From a bacterium (GTDB lineage: Bacteria > Patescibacteriota > Minisyncoccia > Phycocordibacterales > GWA1-40-21): a stretch of 64,000 bases of DNA. Made by a program: the position numbers and the translations under genes. This document shows, piece by piece, positions 49,747-59,552 of this stretch (the stretch's first letter is position 1; the number at the start of each line of letters is the position of its first letter). The DNA lies in contig JBAXQJ010000003.1 of the NCBI GenBank assembly GCA_037131755.1, positions 6,870 through 70,869 on the forward strand, in the 5' to 3' direction. The notes beneath the pieces are model-generated. The model saw only the letters and a program-made list of their open reading frames with translations, was not told the DNA's origin and did not search any database.

Positions 49747-50184
49747 TTAGACTCGTCGTGGTTTCTTTGGCTTTGGACCATTGTGAGGGACCGGGGTGAC
49801 ATCCTTGATGGAATTGATGGTAAAACCTTTTGAAATAAAACCTCGGATTGCTGATTCTCGGCCAGAACCGACGCCTTTGACGATAACGTTGATTTCTTTG
49901 AGTCCGATTTCAAGCGCTTTGGCGGCCAATGTTTCGCCGATTTTTGCGGCGGCAAACGGCGTACCCTTCTTTGCACCTCTAAAACCCAAAGAGCCGCTTG
50001 ATGACCACATCAAAACGTTGCCTTTGGTATCGGAGACAGAAACTTTGGTGTTGTTGTAGGTGGATTCAACAAACAAAATGCCGGATTCCACACGCTTTTT
50101 CCCGCCAGTAGGAACTTTTTTTGTTTCTGTGGTTGCCGCTGCTTCAGCTCCCTCTTCCTTTTTTGCAATTTTTACTTTTCCCAT
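49747..50184 (-). CDS. rpsK: 30S ribosomal protein S11
   Basis: 145 aa; S11 family. Confidence 0.92.
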   Translation of the reverse strand: MGKVKIAKKEEGAEAAATTETKKVPTGGKKRVESGILFVESTYNNTKVSVSDTKGNVLMWSSSGSLGFRGAKKGTPFAAAKIGETLAAKALEIGLKEINVIVKGVGSGRESAIRGFISKGFTINSIKDVTPVPHNGPKPKKPRRV

Positions 50185-50220
50185 CGTATAAGTTTATTTA
50201 TTAATAATGTTTATTTTCGC

Positions 50221-50601
50221 CTATTTCTTTTCCGCTGCTTTTCTACCAGTACCCATGGTCTTTCGGGTGTTTCCTCTTAGGGTTCGAGAGTTGGTCTTGG
50301 TTCGCTGTCCGCGGGATGGTAATTTTTTTGTGTGCCTTGTTCCTCGGTAGCACTTGATGTCTTTGAGTCGCTTGATGTTGGCACCGATTTCTCGCTTGAG
50401 ATCTCCTTCGATCTTAAGGACTTCAACGATCTTTCTGACCTGGTTTTCTTCCTCAGGGGTGATTTCGGCCGGCTTTTTTTCGCCGTCCACTTTGGCTTCC
50501 TTCAAAATAGTCTTGGCACGGTTCAAGCCAATACCGTAAAGTACCGTCAAACCGATTTTGAGTCTCTTGTTGTCTGGGATTGTAATACCTGAAATACGCA
50601 T
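50221..50601 (-). CDS. rpsM: 30S ribosomal protein S13
   Basis: 126 aa; MRISGITIPDNKRL... Confidence 0.92.
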   Translation of the reverse strand: MRISGITIPDNKRLKIGLTVLYGIGLNRAKTILKEAKVDGEKKPAEITPEEENQVRKIVEVLKIEGDLKREIGANIKRLKDIKCYRGTRHTKKLPSRGQRTKTNSRTLRGNTRKTMGTGRKAAEKK

Positions 50602-50634
50602 AGTTTAGTTTTTTATATAAAATGATAAATAATA

Positions 50635-50751
50635 TTAGCCTTGTCTCTGCTTGTGTCGGGCGTCAGTCTTGCAGATGACATTGACTCGTCCTTTTCGTCG
50701 GACGATTTTGCATTGGGCACAAAGTTTTTTTACAGATGCTCGTACTTTCAT
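50635..50751 (-). CDS. rpmJ: 50S ribosomal protein L36
   Basis: 38 aa, not in the ORF track; [38 protein letters not shown]. Confidence 0.9.
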   Translation of the reverse strand: MKVRASVKKLCAQCKIVRRKGRVNVICKTDARHKQRQG

Positions 50752-50822
50752 TGAAAATGTTTTTAAATTCTTATAAATAACGGATCCCCGTTTCGGCGAG
50801 GAATGACACTCGTAAGCGTCGA

Positions 50823-51041
50823 TTATAATCTTCTAGTAATCCTACCCTTACCGCCATATTCATCGAGTTCAATAAGAACCTTGTCCCCGATCAATATTCT
50901 GATACGGTTCATCCGCATTTTGCCAGATAAAAACGTCAGAAGTTCCTCGCCGTAAGGTGCGAGTTTTACTTTAAATAAAGTATTTGGAAATGCCTCGATG
51001 ACGACGCCCTCCACTACTTGTTTATTTTTATTATTCATCAT
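50823..51041 (-). CDS. infA: translation initiation factor IF-1
   Basis: 72 aa; S1-like OB fold with [16 protein letters not shown]. Confidence 0.9.
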   Translation of the reverse strand: MMNNKNKQVVEGVVIEAFPNTLFKVKLAPYGEELLTFLSGKMRMNRIRILIGDKVLIELDEYGGKGRITRRL

Positions 51042-51115
51042 TTCAAAACAACGCCTAGGATAATAGCAAATATTTCCGCTCCGGTCAAGTGATTATCTGC
51101 CCAAGCTGTGCATAA

Positions 51116-52444
51116 TTAGTCGGTTTTTTCTTTAATAAAGATTTTTGCGGTGTCTTCGGGTATATAGCGCTGCCAGATTGGCCTAAAATATACCTTTATA
51201 TCAGATATTTGGGCGGAGTATTTATTGAGCACTTTGGGTATGGCTGAAGCTGATTTGCCAGCCAAGTCGATTTTAAGCTGCTTTTCGTTGTACAGCCACT
51301 TAATTTCCCCTTTGCCAGTGAAGGATATTTGCAAGCTGTTTTCCGCGTAAGGTTTGTTGGTGTTGGTGTTTTTTACCTGCAAAACCAGGTTATCATCCGG
51401 AATAAACTCGACTTGGTTGGTGGAAGAGGCAATCTTTGTTTGCAGGAGAACATACTCGGCAATTTTTTGCGAATTGAATATCAGTCCGTTTAAAGTTGCC
51501 CGCATGCCGATCTTGGCACTGCTACCATCGCTTCCGTCTGGCAACCTTTCAAAATTAATATAATACAAATCATTGAAAATAATATAGGAGTCGGGCCTGA
51601 CGGCATACATTTCTTTTATTATTTCGGCCTGCAAGTCTTTTTTCAGCTGATCGATGGTCTTGCTTAAGACATCGTCGGCAATGACTTTCTGAGTGCCGAT
51701 AAAACCGCCAGTGATGTCCTTGGAAATTCGGCCGTAGAATGAATTATACCTGGGACTTCCTTTGAAGCTGGGGATTTTGAAATCGCCAGCCAAATCGGAG
51801 ATTTTTAAGTTGTATTTATCTCCGGCCTGGTCGGCAATTACGTTGGTTTCGATGCTGCCAGGCACAATCTTGCCGCTCACCTTCTTGTAGCCGGGAACAA
51901 TTGTCGTGCTAACGAGCCGATAGATCCTTCCATCGGCAGAGGCAAGACGGGTATTGGTGATCAGTCTTTGGGCTGATGAGGAGTATTCATTGTAGAGCAT
52001 GACTTTCCCGGTCGCTTTTTGATTAACCTGTTTCTCTTCGGTGGATTCGATGGTGGCGAACTCGTCTTTTTTTAGAGTCATCACCTCATATGACAGATAG
52101 TTGGTCGAGGAGGAATTCAGGTGGGCATTGTAAACGGTGTTATCAAACTGAACTGGCGTCTTTTTGGCGGTCACCTCGATTGTTACCTTGGAAAAGACGA
52201 GAGAAATGCCAAAAAATAGCGCGACGAGAGAAATAATCGCCACCACCCAGATAAAAAACTGCGGGTTGATTTCTCGGCGGACGTTTTTGAGCTTGAAAAC
52301 CTTCGGTTCTCTTTTGATAGGCGGAATTTCCGGACTGATTTCGCTTAGGGCGGGCAGCCTTTTTCGCGGAACCTTTTCGATGTTGATCCGTCGAACGGAT
52401 TTGCTGTCATTCACCAGTATGTCGTTTAATAATTTTTTTGCCAT
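51116..52444 (-). CDS. hypothetical bitopic membrane protein (basic N-terminal region, one TM segment, large extracytoplasmic domain)
   Basis: 442 aa; start codon 2 nt from the stop of the FtsA-like gene, suggesting translational coupling. No family recognised. Confidence 0.5.
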   Translation of the reverse strand: MAKKLLNDILVNDSKSVRRINIEKVPRKRLPALSEISPEIPPIKREPKVFKLKNVRREINPQFFIWVVAIISLVALFFGISLVFSKVTIEVTAKKTPVQFDNTVYNAHLNSSSTNYLSYEVMTLKKDEFATIESTEEKQVNQKATGKVMLYNEYSSSAQRLITNTRLASADGRIYRLVSTTIVPGYKKVSGKIVPGSIETNVIADQAGDKYNLKISDLAGDFKIPSFKGSPRYNSFYGRISKDITGGFIGTQKVIADDVLSKTIDQLKKDLQAEIIKEMYAVRPDSYIIFNDLYYINFERLPDGSDGSSAKIGMRATLNGLIFNSQKIAEYVLLQTKIASSTNQVEFIPDDNLVLQVKNTNTNKPYAENSLQISFTGKGEIKWLYNEKQLKIDLAGKSASAIPKVLNKYSAQISDIKVYFRPIWQRYIPEDTAKIFIKEKTD

Positions 52445-52446
52445 GT

Positions 52447-53703
52447 TTAAATATTATAAATTTTATCCAAGAAGAGCTGTTCAACGTGCAAAATCATGTC
52501 TTCCTGGGCAGCGGTTGTCTTGCCGCATATTTTGCTGAGCTGATTTTTCTCAATCAGAAGGACTTTGAGTTCGGAAGCCATTATACCATATTGATCCACC
52601 TTGCTGTTGGTGAAATGCTCGGCCACGTAGCAGATAAAATCGTTGTCGGCGACAAAAAAGACGGACTTGGGAATATACATCTCTTCGATGTATTTGGAAA
52701 AAACTTCTTTGATCTTATTGCTCCAGATATCAACGAGTGATTTCAGAGTGTCGCCAAAAACAGCGGTTGCGCCAGCATCACACTCGCCCTTGCAGTGCAG
52801 AGATATCATGGAGTTGGCGATTTCCGGACCGACTTTCATCTTACTTGCGACTTCCTTGATAAAGAAGTTGCGGCCCATGGGAATGGAAGCGTGACCGGCA
52901 ATAACTTTATCCCTCACAATCATGATCTCGGTTGTCTCGTAGCCGATTTCGACCAGCACAAAGTCATCTTTGTGAGGATAGAGGTCGCGGGTAACGGTAT
53001 AGAGCGGCAGAGAAAGAGAGTGCAGGTAATATTCGTCCACAATAAAATGCCGGCTGATAGAATTTTCAATTTGAGAAATTATTTGCTGGGGTACGACGGT
53101 CAGATATATCGACAATTCCAAATCTTGAGCTGGTTTATTCAAGATATCCTCCATCACGTAGCCGTTGATTTTCGCCTGGATTATTTTTTTCTCAATGACG
53201 TCGCCAACCGAGTTTATGTCGGTAAAAATCTTGGCTCCGGAAAGGCTTGATCGAAGCTTGGCACTTTCCTCTTTGAAGATTTTATCCAAGAATGACGGGG
53301 TGATGATAGTATCGTTGTCTGTCGTATAGCGATAGACCATAGTCTGCGAGGCTGACCAAGGCGAAGAGAAGAATATAAAACCCCTGTCGACGCGAATCTT
53401 TGCCTTGGGTCGCGTCAGGTTGATTTCTATTAGGTGTTTTTGGATTTCAGCCGAAGCTTTTTCCAGGGCTGAACCCATTTGCCTGATATATTGGTCTGTG
53501 CTGATATTGTTACTTATGCTGATGGGCTGTCTCACTGATTTGAGGACATCAAATCCTGGGCCGGCAACGAATTTTACAATAGAGACGCCAACGCTGCCGC
53601 CCCGAATATCATAAACCAGCGAGTAGTTATATTTTTTCTTGAATAGATTTGAAAAAGAAAAAAGCGACATGAGTACATTATAATACCAGTCGCTTTTATT
53701 CAC
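52447..53703 (-). CDS. FtsA-like actin-family ATPase (divergent FtsA/PilM-type)
   Basis: 418 aa; LVEIGYETTEIMIV...SIPMGRNFFIKEVA parallels the FtsA phosphate-2 and adenosine motifs VVDIGGGTMDIAV...VIPYAGNVVTSDIA. Confidence 0.55.
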   Translation of the reverse strand: MNKSDWYYNVLMSLFSFSNLFKKKYNYSLVYDIRGGSVGVSIVKFVAGPGFDVLKSVRQPISISNNISTDQYIRQMGSALEKASAEIQKHLIEINLTRPKAKIRVDRGFIFFSSPWSASQTMVYRYTTDNDTIITPSFLDKIFKEESAKLRSSLSGAKIFTDINSVGDVIEKKIIQAKINGYVMEDILNKPAQDLELSIYLTVVPQQIISQIENSISRHFIVDEYYLHSLSLPLYTVTRDLYPHKDDFVLVEIGYETTEIMIVRDKVIAGHASIPMGRNFFIKEVASKMKVGPEIANSMISLHCKGECDAGATAVFGDTLKSLVDIWSNKIKEVFSKYIEEMYIPKSVFFVADNDFICYVAEHFTNSKVDQYGIMASELKVLLIEKNQLSKICGKTTAAQEDMILHVEQLFLDKIYNI

Positions 53704-53724
53704 AAATGAAATACTGAGGATAAC

Positions 53725-55611
53725 TTAGCTGAGGACCGCCTTGATTCGTCGGATGCCGGCCGCCGACGCTTCTTCTTTGACAATTTTAAAATGACCGAGC
53801 TCGGAGGTGTTTGCTACGTGCGGACCGCCGCAAAATTCCGTGCTGAAATCCCCTATCTTGTAGACTTTTACGATATCGCCGTATTTTGATAGATCAAAAG
53901 ACAGAGTAGTGACGATTTTCTTGGCTTCATCTTTTGGCAATTCCATCATTTCTACTGGAATTTTTTCCTGGATTTTCTGGTTCACCAAATCTTCTATGGC
54001 TTTTATCTGATCCGGATTTAATTTCTCTGGCCAATTGAAATCAAAACGCATTCTTTCGGCGGTAATGTTGCTCCCCTTCTGTACAATTTCGGCTTTCAAG
54101 ACATTTCGAAGGGCGGCCAAGAGCAGGTGCGTCGCGGTGTGGTATTTGGTCTCCATTTCGCCAGTACCAGCTAGACCGCCTTTAAATTTTTGTTCTGAAC
54201 CGGCCTTAGAAATAATTTGATGGTCTCTAAAAGCCTTCTCAAATTCAGTTCTTGTAATTAGCAGATCTGCTTTTACTCCCCTATTATACAACTCTTCCAG
54301 TGATAGTTCATATGGAAATCCATACTCTTGAAACAAATTAAATAAAATATCACCTCTAGAAAATTGGAAATTCGGATTGTTTTTTTGTTCGATAATAAAT
54401 GAATTGTATATTTTCTCAAACGCTTTTAAGCCAATTCCTAATGTTTGTCGAAATTTCTCATCCTCTTTTTTAATCACATCCAAAATTTCTGTTTCTTTTT
54501 GATCCAAGCTTGGATAAGCATATGCGAGACCAGCAATAGCCGTTTGGGTAATGGAAAAGATTCCTTCTTTTGGAATACCTAGCTGGTCAATGAATTTAAT
54601 CGCTCGTCTTAAAATCCGACGCAAAACATAGCCATTCTCCGTGTTTGATGGAATCACACCATCAGAAATAATCATCACGGCGGAACGAATGTGGTCAGCC
54701 ACGATTCTCTCTATTCTTTCATCCTGTTTGGCGGCTGATTTTCTGATGACATTCAAGATATCCTCAAATAAATCAGTCTCAAATACGTTGGCCTTACCTT
54801 GCATAACCACGGTAGTTCTCTCCAGTCCCATACCAGTATCCACATTGGGTTTGGCTAGTTTCTCATACTTGCCATCGGCAGTTTTGTTGAACTCCATAAA
54901 GACGTTGTTCCAAATCTCGATGATACGTCCGCTCTTTACCAGATCGGCAAATTTACCTTCCAATTTTCCACCTTTTTCCTCACCGAGGACGTCATAAAAC
55001 ATCTCCGTATCTCCACCGCAAGGGCCGGTCTGTCCAGCAATCCAGAAGTTATCGTCTTTGCCGAGCGGAAGGATTCTGATTTCGCCTTTAATGTATTCGT
55101 CTGCGCCAGAGACCTCGGCAGTAATATTGTGCTTGGAAAAGTTTTCTCTCCAGATATCGATAGACTCTTCGTCGCGTGGAATACCATCCCCGCCTTGTGT
55201 CGAGGCAGGCTCACCCTTAAATACCGTTACGTATAGTCTCCTTGGGTCTAAACCCAGGCCCTCTTCCCGGCTGGTCAAAAATTCCAAACTCCAAGCGATC
55301 GAGTCTTTCTTGAAATAATCGCCCAACGACCAATTCCCCATCATTTCAAAAAAGGTCAGATGGCGATTATCACCAACATCATCGATATCCCCCGTTCTAA
55401 CGCACTTTTGGACGTCTACCAAGCGCGTACCGGCCGGATGCTTTGTTCCAAGAAGATATGGGATAAGTGGCTGCATGCCAGCCGTGGTGAAGAGAGATCC
55501 TTTGTCGGGAATTTCATAATTTGCCGGCACAAGGGTGGCCGAAGGGATGATCTTGTGGCCCCTTTTCTCAAAGAATTTTAAATACCGTTCGCGAATTTCT
55601 TTTGATTGCAT
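53725..55611 (-). CDS. alaS: alanyl-tRNA synthetase (short form lacking the C-Ala domain)
   Basis: 628 aa; FTTAGMQPL, CVRTGDIDDVGDNRHLTFFEMMGNWSLGDY, editing HTATHLL and CGGPHV motifs. The protein ends right after the editing domain. Confidence 0.9.
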   Translation of the reverse strand: MQSKEIRERYLKFFEKRGHKIIPSATLVPANYEIPDKGSLFTTAGMQPLIPYLLGTKHPAGTRLVDVQKCVRTGDIDDVGDNRHLTFFEMMGNWSLGDYFKKDSIAWSLEFLTSREEGLGLDPRRLYVTVFKGEPASTQGGDGIPRDEESIDIWRENFSKHNITAEVSGADEYIKGEIRILPLGKDDNFWIAGQTGPCGGDTEMFYDVLGEEKGGKLEGKFADLVKSGRIIEIWNNVFMEFNKTADGKYEKLAKPNVDTGMGLERTTVVMQGKANVFETDLFEDILNVIRKSAAKQDERIERIVADHIRSAVMIISDGVIPSNTENGYVLRRILRRAIKFIDQLGIPKEGIFSITQTAIAGLAYAYPSLDQKETEILDVIKKEDEKFRQTLGIGLKAFEKIYNSFIIEQKNNPNFQFSRGDILFNLFQEYGFPYELSLEELYNRGVKADLLITRTEFEKAFRDHQIISKAGSEQKFKGGLAGTGEMETKYHTATHLLLAALRNVLKAEIVQKGSNITAERMRFDFNWPEKLNPDQIKAIEDLVNQKIQEKIPVEMMELPKDEAKKIVTTLSFDLSKYGDIVKVYKIGDFSTEFCGGPHVANTSELGHFKIVKEEASAAGIRRIKAVLS

Positions 55612-55743
55612 TCCAAAAATATAGCATAAATAAGTCTAAAATAAAATGCCGGAGTAAGAATTATTTGCATTAACTTTTGGGAATTAAAATAGGGGTGCCT
55701 CGTTGGACACCCCTATTATTTTCCTTGCCTTTTTCCTGCTTGA

Positions 55744-56010
55744 TTAACCCAGATAACCCTTTTCCTTGAGGAACTTCAGGGCTTCCTCAGCCAACGGCCC
55801 AACGCCGCCATTCAAGACGTGGTGTTCGATCAGTGTGTTCTGACCAATCCTCGTGTCCAGATGGGCATCATCCCAGCCAAGCCTTACCCTGACCGCATGA
55901 CGATTGACCGGACTATTGATAGCCACTAGCGCGATCTGTTTATACTTATCCGGCAATTCAGATAACTCCGGATGCAGAACTTTTTTCTCAGCAACACTAT
56001 TCATATACAC
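55744..56010 (-). CDS. hypothetical protein
   Basis: 88 aa; no recognisable motif. Confidence 0.35.
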   Translation of the reverse strand: MYMNSVAEKKVLHPELSELPDKYKQIALVAINSPVNRHAVRVRLGWDDAHLDTRIGQNTLIEHHVLNGGVGPLAEEALKFLKEKGYLG

Positions 56011-56131
56011 CGCCTTTCTAATACAGGGTTGGAACTAAATTTCTGTATACAATTATACTGCGAGGCAAACTTATGAACAGCACTTTATCCACAGAGATTG
56101 TGGTGGTTGTATGCCGGCTTGGCCGATTAAA

Positions 56132-57004
56132 TCAGGTGTTTATTTTACTCAGTTCGTCGATACTTATGCAATCCTTGCACAAGCTGTAAACTTCCTTGAT
56201 TATTATTTTAGCCTTGGCATCGCTTATGCCAAACTGTTTCAATAGTCCGTAGTCGCCAAGCTGGCGGGACAAGACGATATTGCTGGCAATAAACATTCTC
56301 TTTTCGCTCTGAGTCAGGCTGGTAAGAACGGTTAAAGGCACCAGATCATGGCCCTCAATAAGGTTGTGCAGGTTGTTTCCCTGCGGATAATTCCAGCCAA
56401 CCATGTTTAAATTATTGCACTCGCCATATTGAATGGCCGTGCTGGAAAATTTGGTATTGGTGATGAGCATGCCTTTGGTCAGTTTCCTTTCCTTGCCACC
56501 AAACTTAAAGGTATTGCCTGCCAGATCTTCAAAGCGGGCTTTTATGTACAGGGCGACTTTCAAATCGCTCTTGGCGCCAAAATCGGTGTGAAATTTAGCT
56601 TCGATCATTATCAGTTCGGTGTCATTGTAGGCGACAACATCCATCTCGTGGGGGACGCATTTACCCATCACAATGACGTCGGTCTCTGTTGTATAACCCA
56701 AAGATTTGAATATTTCAGCGACGTATTCTTCAAATGGAAAACCGGATGGCCCGAGATCGGCCACCGCTTTTTTGAGGGAGTAGCGAAGGGCGACGGTTTT
56801 CTGAGTTTTTTTCAGCAAAGCAAAAGCTTTGGTGTAGATTTCTTTGGTGGTGCTGCCATCGGAGAGATTAGCGGTAATCTCGGACACAATTCGACTGACG
56901 ACGTCTTGTTCGGTGCCGATTTTCCTCAATGAATGTTCGAGTTTGGCACGGTCAAAGAGCTCGCGGGTACCGTCAGCTTTTACTATATATATTTCGGGTG
57001 ACAT
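56132..57004 (-). CDS. ATP-cone domain fused to Mrr-like restriction-endonuclease-fold (PD-(D/E)xK) domain protein
   Basis: The N-terminus IYIVKADGTRELFDRAKLEHSLRKIG is typical of an ATP-cone domain. The central region FEEYVAEIFKSLGY...DVVAY...IMIEAKF is an Mrr_cat-like D...(E)xK motif. Confidence 0.6.
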   Translation of the reverse strand: MSPEIYIVKADGTRELFDRAKLEHSLRKIGTEQDVVSRIVSEITANLSDGSTTKEIYTKAFALLKKTQKTVALRYSLKKAVADLGPSGFPFEEYVAEIFKSLGYTTETDVIVMGKCVPHEMDVVAYNDTELIMIEAKFHTDFGAKSDLKVALYIKARFEDLAGNTFKFGGKERKLTKGMLITNTKFSSTAIQYGECNNLNMVGWNYPQGNNLHNLIEGHDLVPLTVLTSLTQSEKRMFIASNIVLSRQLGDYGLLKQFGISDAKAKIIIKEVYSLCKDCISIDELSKINT

Positions 57005-57012
57005 GATAAAGA

Positions 57013-57264
57013 TTAGCCTTTGGCGTCAAAATTAATATCAGGAGTGCTGGTCGGAGTCACGGCTTTTTTAGGAACCAAATTGGTGGTGGAAGCGTTGGTG
57101 TTGACTGGATTTTCAGTTACTGCTGGCGTGTTCTTGCCGCCAAAATACCAAAATCCGAGTATGACAACAATAATTGCGACGGCAATACCGATCCACATAT
57201 ACATTGTCTTTTTGTTTACACCGCCATCTAGCATTGGGTTCATACCGACGTTGTTTATATCCAT
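57013..57264 (-). CDS. hypothetical small membrane protein
   Basis: 83 aa; one TM segment and a Thr/Pro/Asn-rich tail. Confidence 0.4.
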   Translation of the reverse strand: MDINNVGMNPMLDGGVNKKTMYMWIGIAVAIIVVILGFWYFGGKNTPAVTENPVNTNASTTNLVPKKAVTPTSTPDINFDAKG

Positions 57265-57364
57265 ATTTTATATAGGTGAGAAATTATTTATTTTTTCCCA
57301 CTGGCTAATAATTTAATAATTACTTTCCTGGTAATTATACCACGAAAATTATCAGTTGCGCCAA

Positions 57365-58543
57365 TTAGTCAATAATACCGCCACCCAGGCAAACCTTACC
57401 GTCGTATATTACGAGGGATTGGCCGACAGTAACGGCTTTCTGAGGCTCTACAAAGCTTATGGTGGCCCTGCTGTCGCCAACGTCCTCTATTACACAGGCC
57501 TCTAAGGGTTGTCGATAACGGATCCGGGCCTGAAATTTTTTGCCGATTTCCGGTGGTTGTCCGGTTGTCCAGCTGGTATTTTTGATATGTATTTGGGTGT
57601 TATCTTTCCCGCTGGCGGAAAGGGATTTCGTAGAAACGGTTATCGTATTCTTGTCCGGATTTTTGCTCACGACAAAATATCGATCGTCTTTGGTTGACTT
57701 CTTGGTAATGGTAAAGCCGTGTCTCTGGCCGATGGTGTAAAATGTTACCCCTTTGTGCCGGCCGATAATCTCGCCAGCTTCGTTCAAGACATTCCCTTCT
57801 TCAGCCTTGATAAAATGCTTTAAAAATTCTTCCATGCTGACTTTGCCGATAAAACAAATGCCCTGGCTGTCTTTTTTTATTGCCGTTGGCAGATCAAACT
57901 TTTTCGCCAGTTTTCTCACCGCCGGTTTTTCAATGTTCCCAACCGGAAACAGCGTCTTTGAAAGTTGCTTCTGGGTCAGTGTCCACAAAAAATAGCTCTG
58001 ATCTTTGTTCTTATCATCCCCCGCTTCCAACAGGAATATTTCCCCATCTTTCTTTTTAGGATTTATTTTTTTAATTTTGATTTTTGCATAATGTCCGGTC
58101 GCCACGTAATCGGCACCACGCTTCATCGCCCAATCAAAAAATCCGCCGAATTTAATGTGCTTGTTGCACATGACATCCGGATTCGGCGTTCGGCCGGCTT
58201 CATACTCGGCGATCAGATAATCCACCACCTCTTTCTTGTATTCCTTTTCCAGGTCCAGCGTATAAAAAGGAATGTCTAATTTGGCACAGACGCGCATGGC
58301 ATCAAGCCGATCTTCGCGCCAAGTACATTCGTAGAAATCCGGCTGCCAGACTTTTATAAAAACGCCGTGCACATCATAGCCGGCCTGTTTCAATAAGGCG
58401 GCTCCGACCGAGCTATCTACACCGCCGGACATGCCGAAAAACACCTTTTTGGGAAGGGTTTTTTTGTCTAGTCGGCTTATTTTTCTGCTTCCCGGTCTTT
58501 TCATTAATTGAATTATATACCATACAAAACAATCTTTGGCCAC
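57365..58543 (-). CDS. mnmA: tRNA-specific 2-thiouridylase MnmA
   Basis: PP-loop SGGVDSS and NPDVMCNKHIKF motifs. The true start may be an internal Met around 58504. Confidence 0.88.
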   Translation of the reverse strand: MAKDCFVWYIIQLMKRPGSRKISRLDKKTLPKKVFFGMSGGVDSSVGAALLKQAGYDVHGVFIKVWQPDFYECTWREDRLDAMRVCAKLDIPFYTLDLEKEYKKEVVDYLIAEYEAGRTPNPDVMCNKHIKFGGFFDWAMKRGADYVATGHYAKIKIKKINPKKKDGEIFLLEAGDDKNKDQSYFLWTLTQKQLSKTLFPVGNIEKPAVRKLAKKFDLPTAIKKDSQGICFIGKVSMEEFLKHFIKAEEGNVLNEAGEIIGRHKGVTFYTIGQRHGFTITKKSTKDDRYFVVSKNPDKNTITVSTKSLSASGKDNTQIHIKNTSWTTGQPPEIGKKFQARIRYRQPLEACVIEDVGDSRATISFVEPQKAVTVGQSLVIYDGKVCLGGGIID

Positions 58544-58558
58544 AAAAAATGATGTGTC

Positions 58559-59551
58559 CTACTTCAAATACAAGAGCTTGTTGTTCAAATGCTCCTCATA
58601 GGTCTTGGCATAATGCATATTTCCCTGCTTGTCGGTCAGAAAAAACAAATAGGCTGTCTTGATGGGAGTGATTGTGGCTGAGATGGAGTCCAGTCCGGGA
58701 TTGCAGATTGGCGTCGGTGGCAAGCCTTTGTATAGATAGCTGTTATACGGACTGTCGATCTTCAAATCGTCTAGGGTCAATGTTTCGGTCGTCTTGCCGT
58801 TAATATATTTAAACGATGAATCAACTTGGAGTGGCATATTCAGAGATAATCTTTTCCATAGAATTCCCGCGATCACCCGCCTGGTCTCGGTGGTTCGTCC
58901 CTCTTCTTCGACAATCGAAGCCATCTTTATAATATCGGCTTTGGTCTGGTGAAAAGCAGAAAGGTCTTTTTCTATCGTGCTCAAGCGTCGGTCAAAATTA
59001 TCCCTCATGATTTTAATAACCTCCGAGGTGGTGATATTCGGCAAGAAATTGTAAGTATCCGGAAACAAGTATCCTTCGTAAGTCTTGGCTTGTCTGGCGA
59101 AATCGTTTTTGTCTATCTTGCCCAGCCTCTTTGACAGCAGATCTCCGATTTCATAGACATCCATTCCTTCTGGAATGGTGATTTTGGTTTCTGAGAGTTG
59201 ATAATCAGAATGCGTGAGCCTCCAAACCAAAGAAATGGCATTGATATCTTGGGTGATGACGTAATCTCCGGCATTCAAGCTTTTAGATCCGCCGACAATG
59301 ATGGTAATAATCTTGAAAACAGTACCCGATCGGACATAGCCGGCCGTTTCCAGATCCGTCGCAACGCCGGAAAGCGTCTCGCCTTTTTGGATTGTAAGCA
59401 GTGAATTCTTTGGGAAAGAAACTGGGGCCGACAAAAAATTGGCATAGAACAGCCCGAACAAAATAACCAGCAACAGCAAAAAATAGGCTGCGTGCTTTTT
59501 ATACCGCGTCCACCAAGACAGACCTTTCGGCAATAAGAGTTGCTCATCCAT
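58559..59551 (-). CDS. mltG: endolytic murein transglycosylase MltG (YceG-like)
   Basis: 330 aa; N-terminal TM segment plus EGYLFPDTY and GLPPTPI motifs. Confidence 0.85.
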   Translation of the reverse strand: MDEQLLLPKGLSWWTRYKKHAAYFLLLLVILFGLFYANFLSAPVSFPKNSLLTIQKGETLSGVATDLETAGYVRSGTVFKIITIIVGGSKSLNAGDYVITQDINAISLVWRLTHSDYQLSETKITIPEGMDVYEIGDLLSKRLGKIDKNDFARQAKTYEGYLFPDTYNFLPNITTSEVIKIMRDNFDRRLSTIEKDLSAFHQTKADIIKMASIVEEEGRTTETRRVIAGILWKRLSLNMPLQVDSSFKYINGKTTETLTLDDLKIDSPYNSYLYKGLPPTPICNPGLDSISATITPIKTAYLFFLTDKQGNMHYAKTYEEHLNNKLLYLK

Positions 59552-59552
59552 A

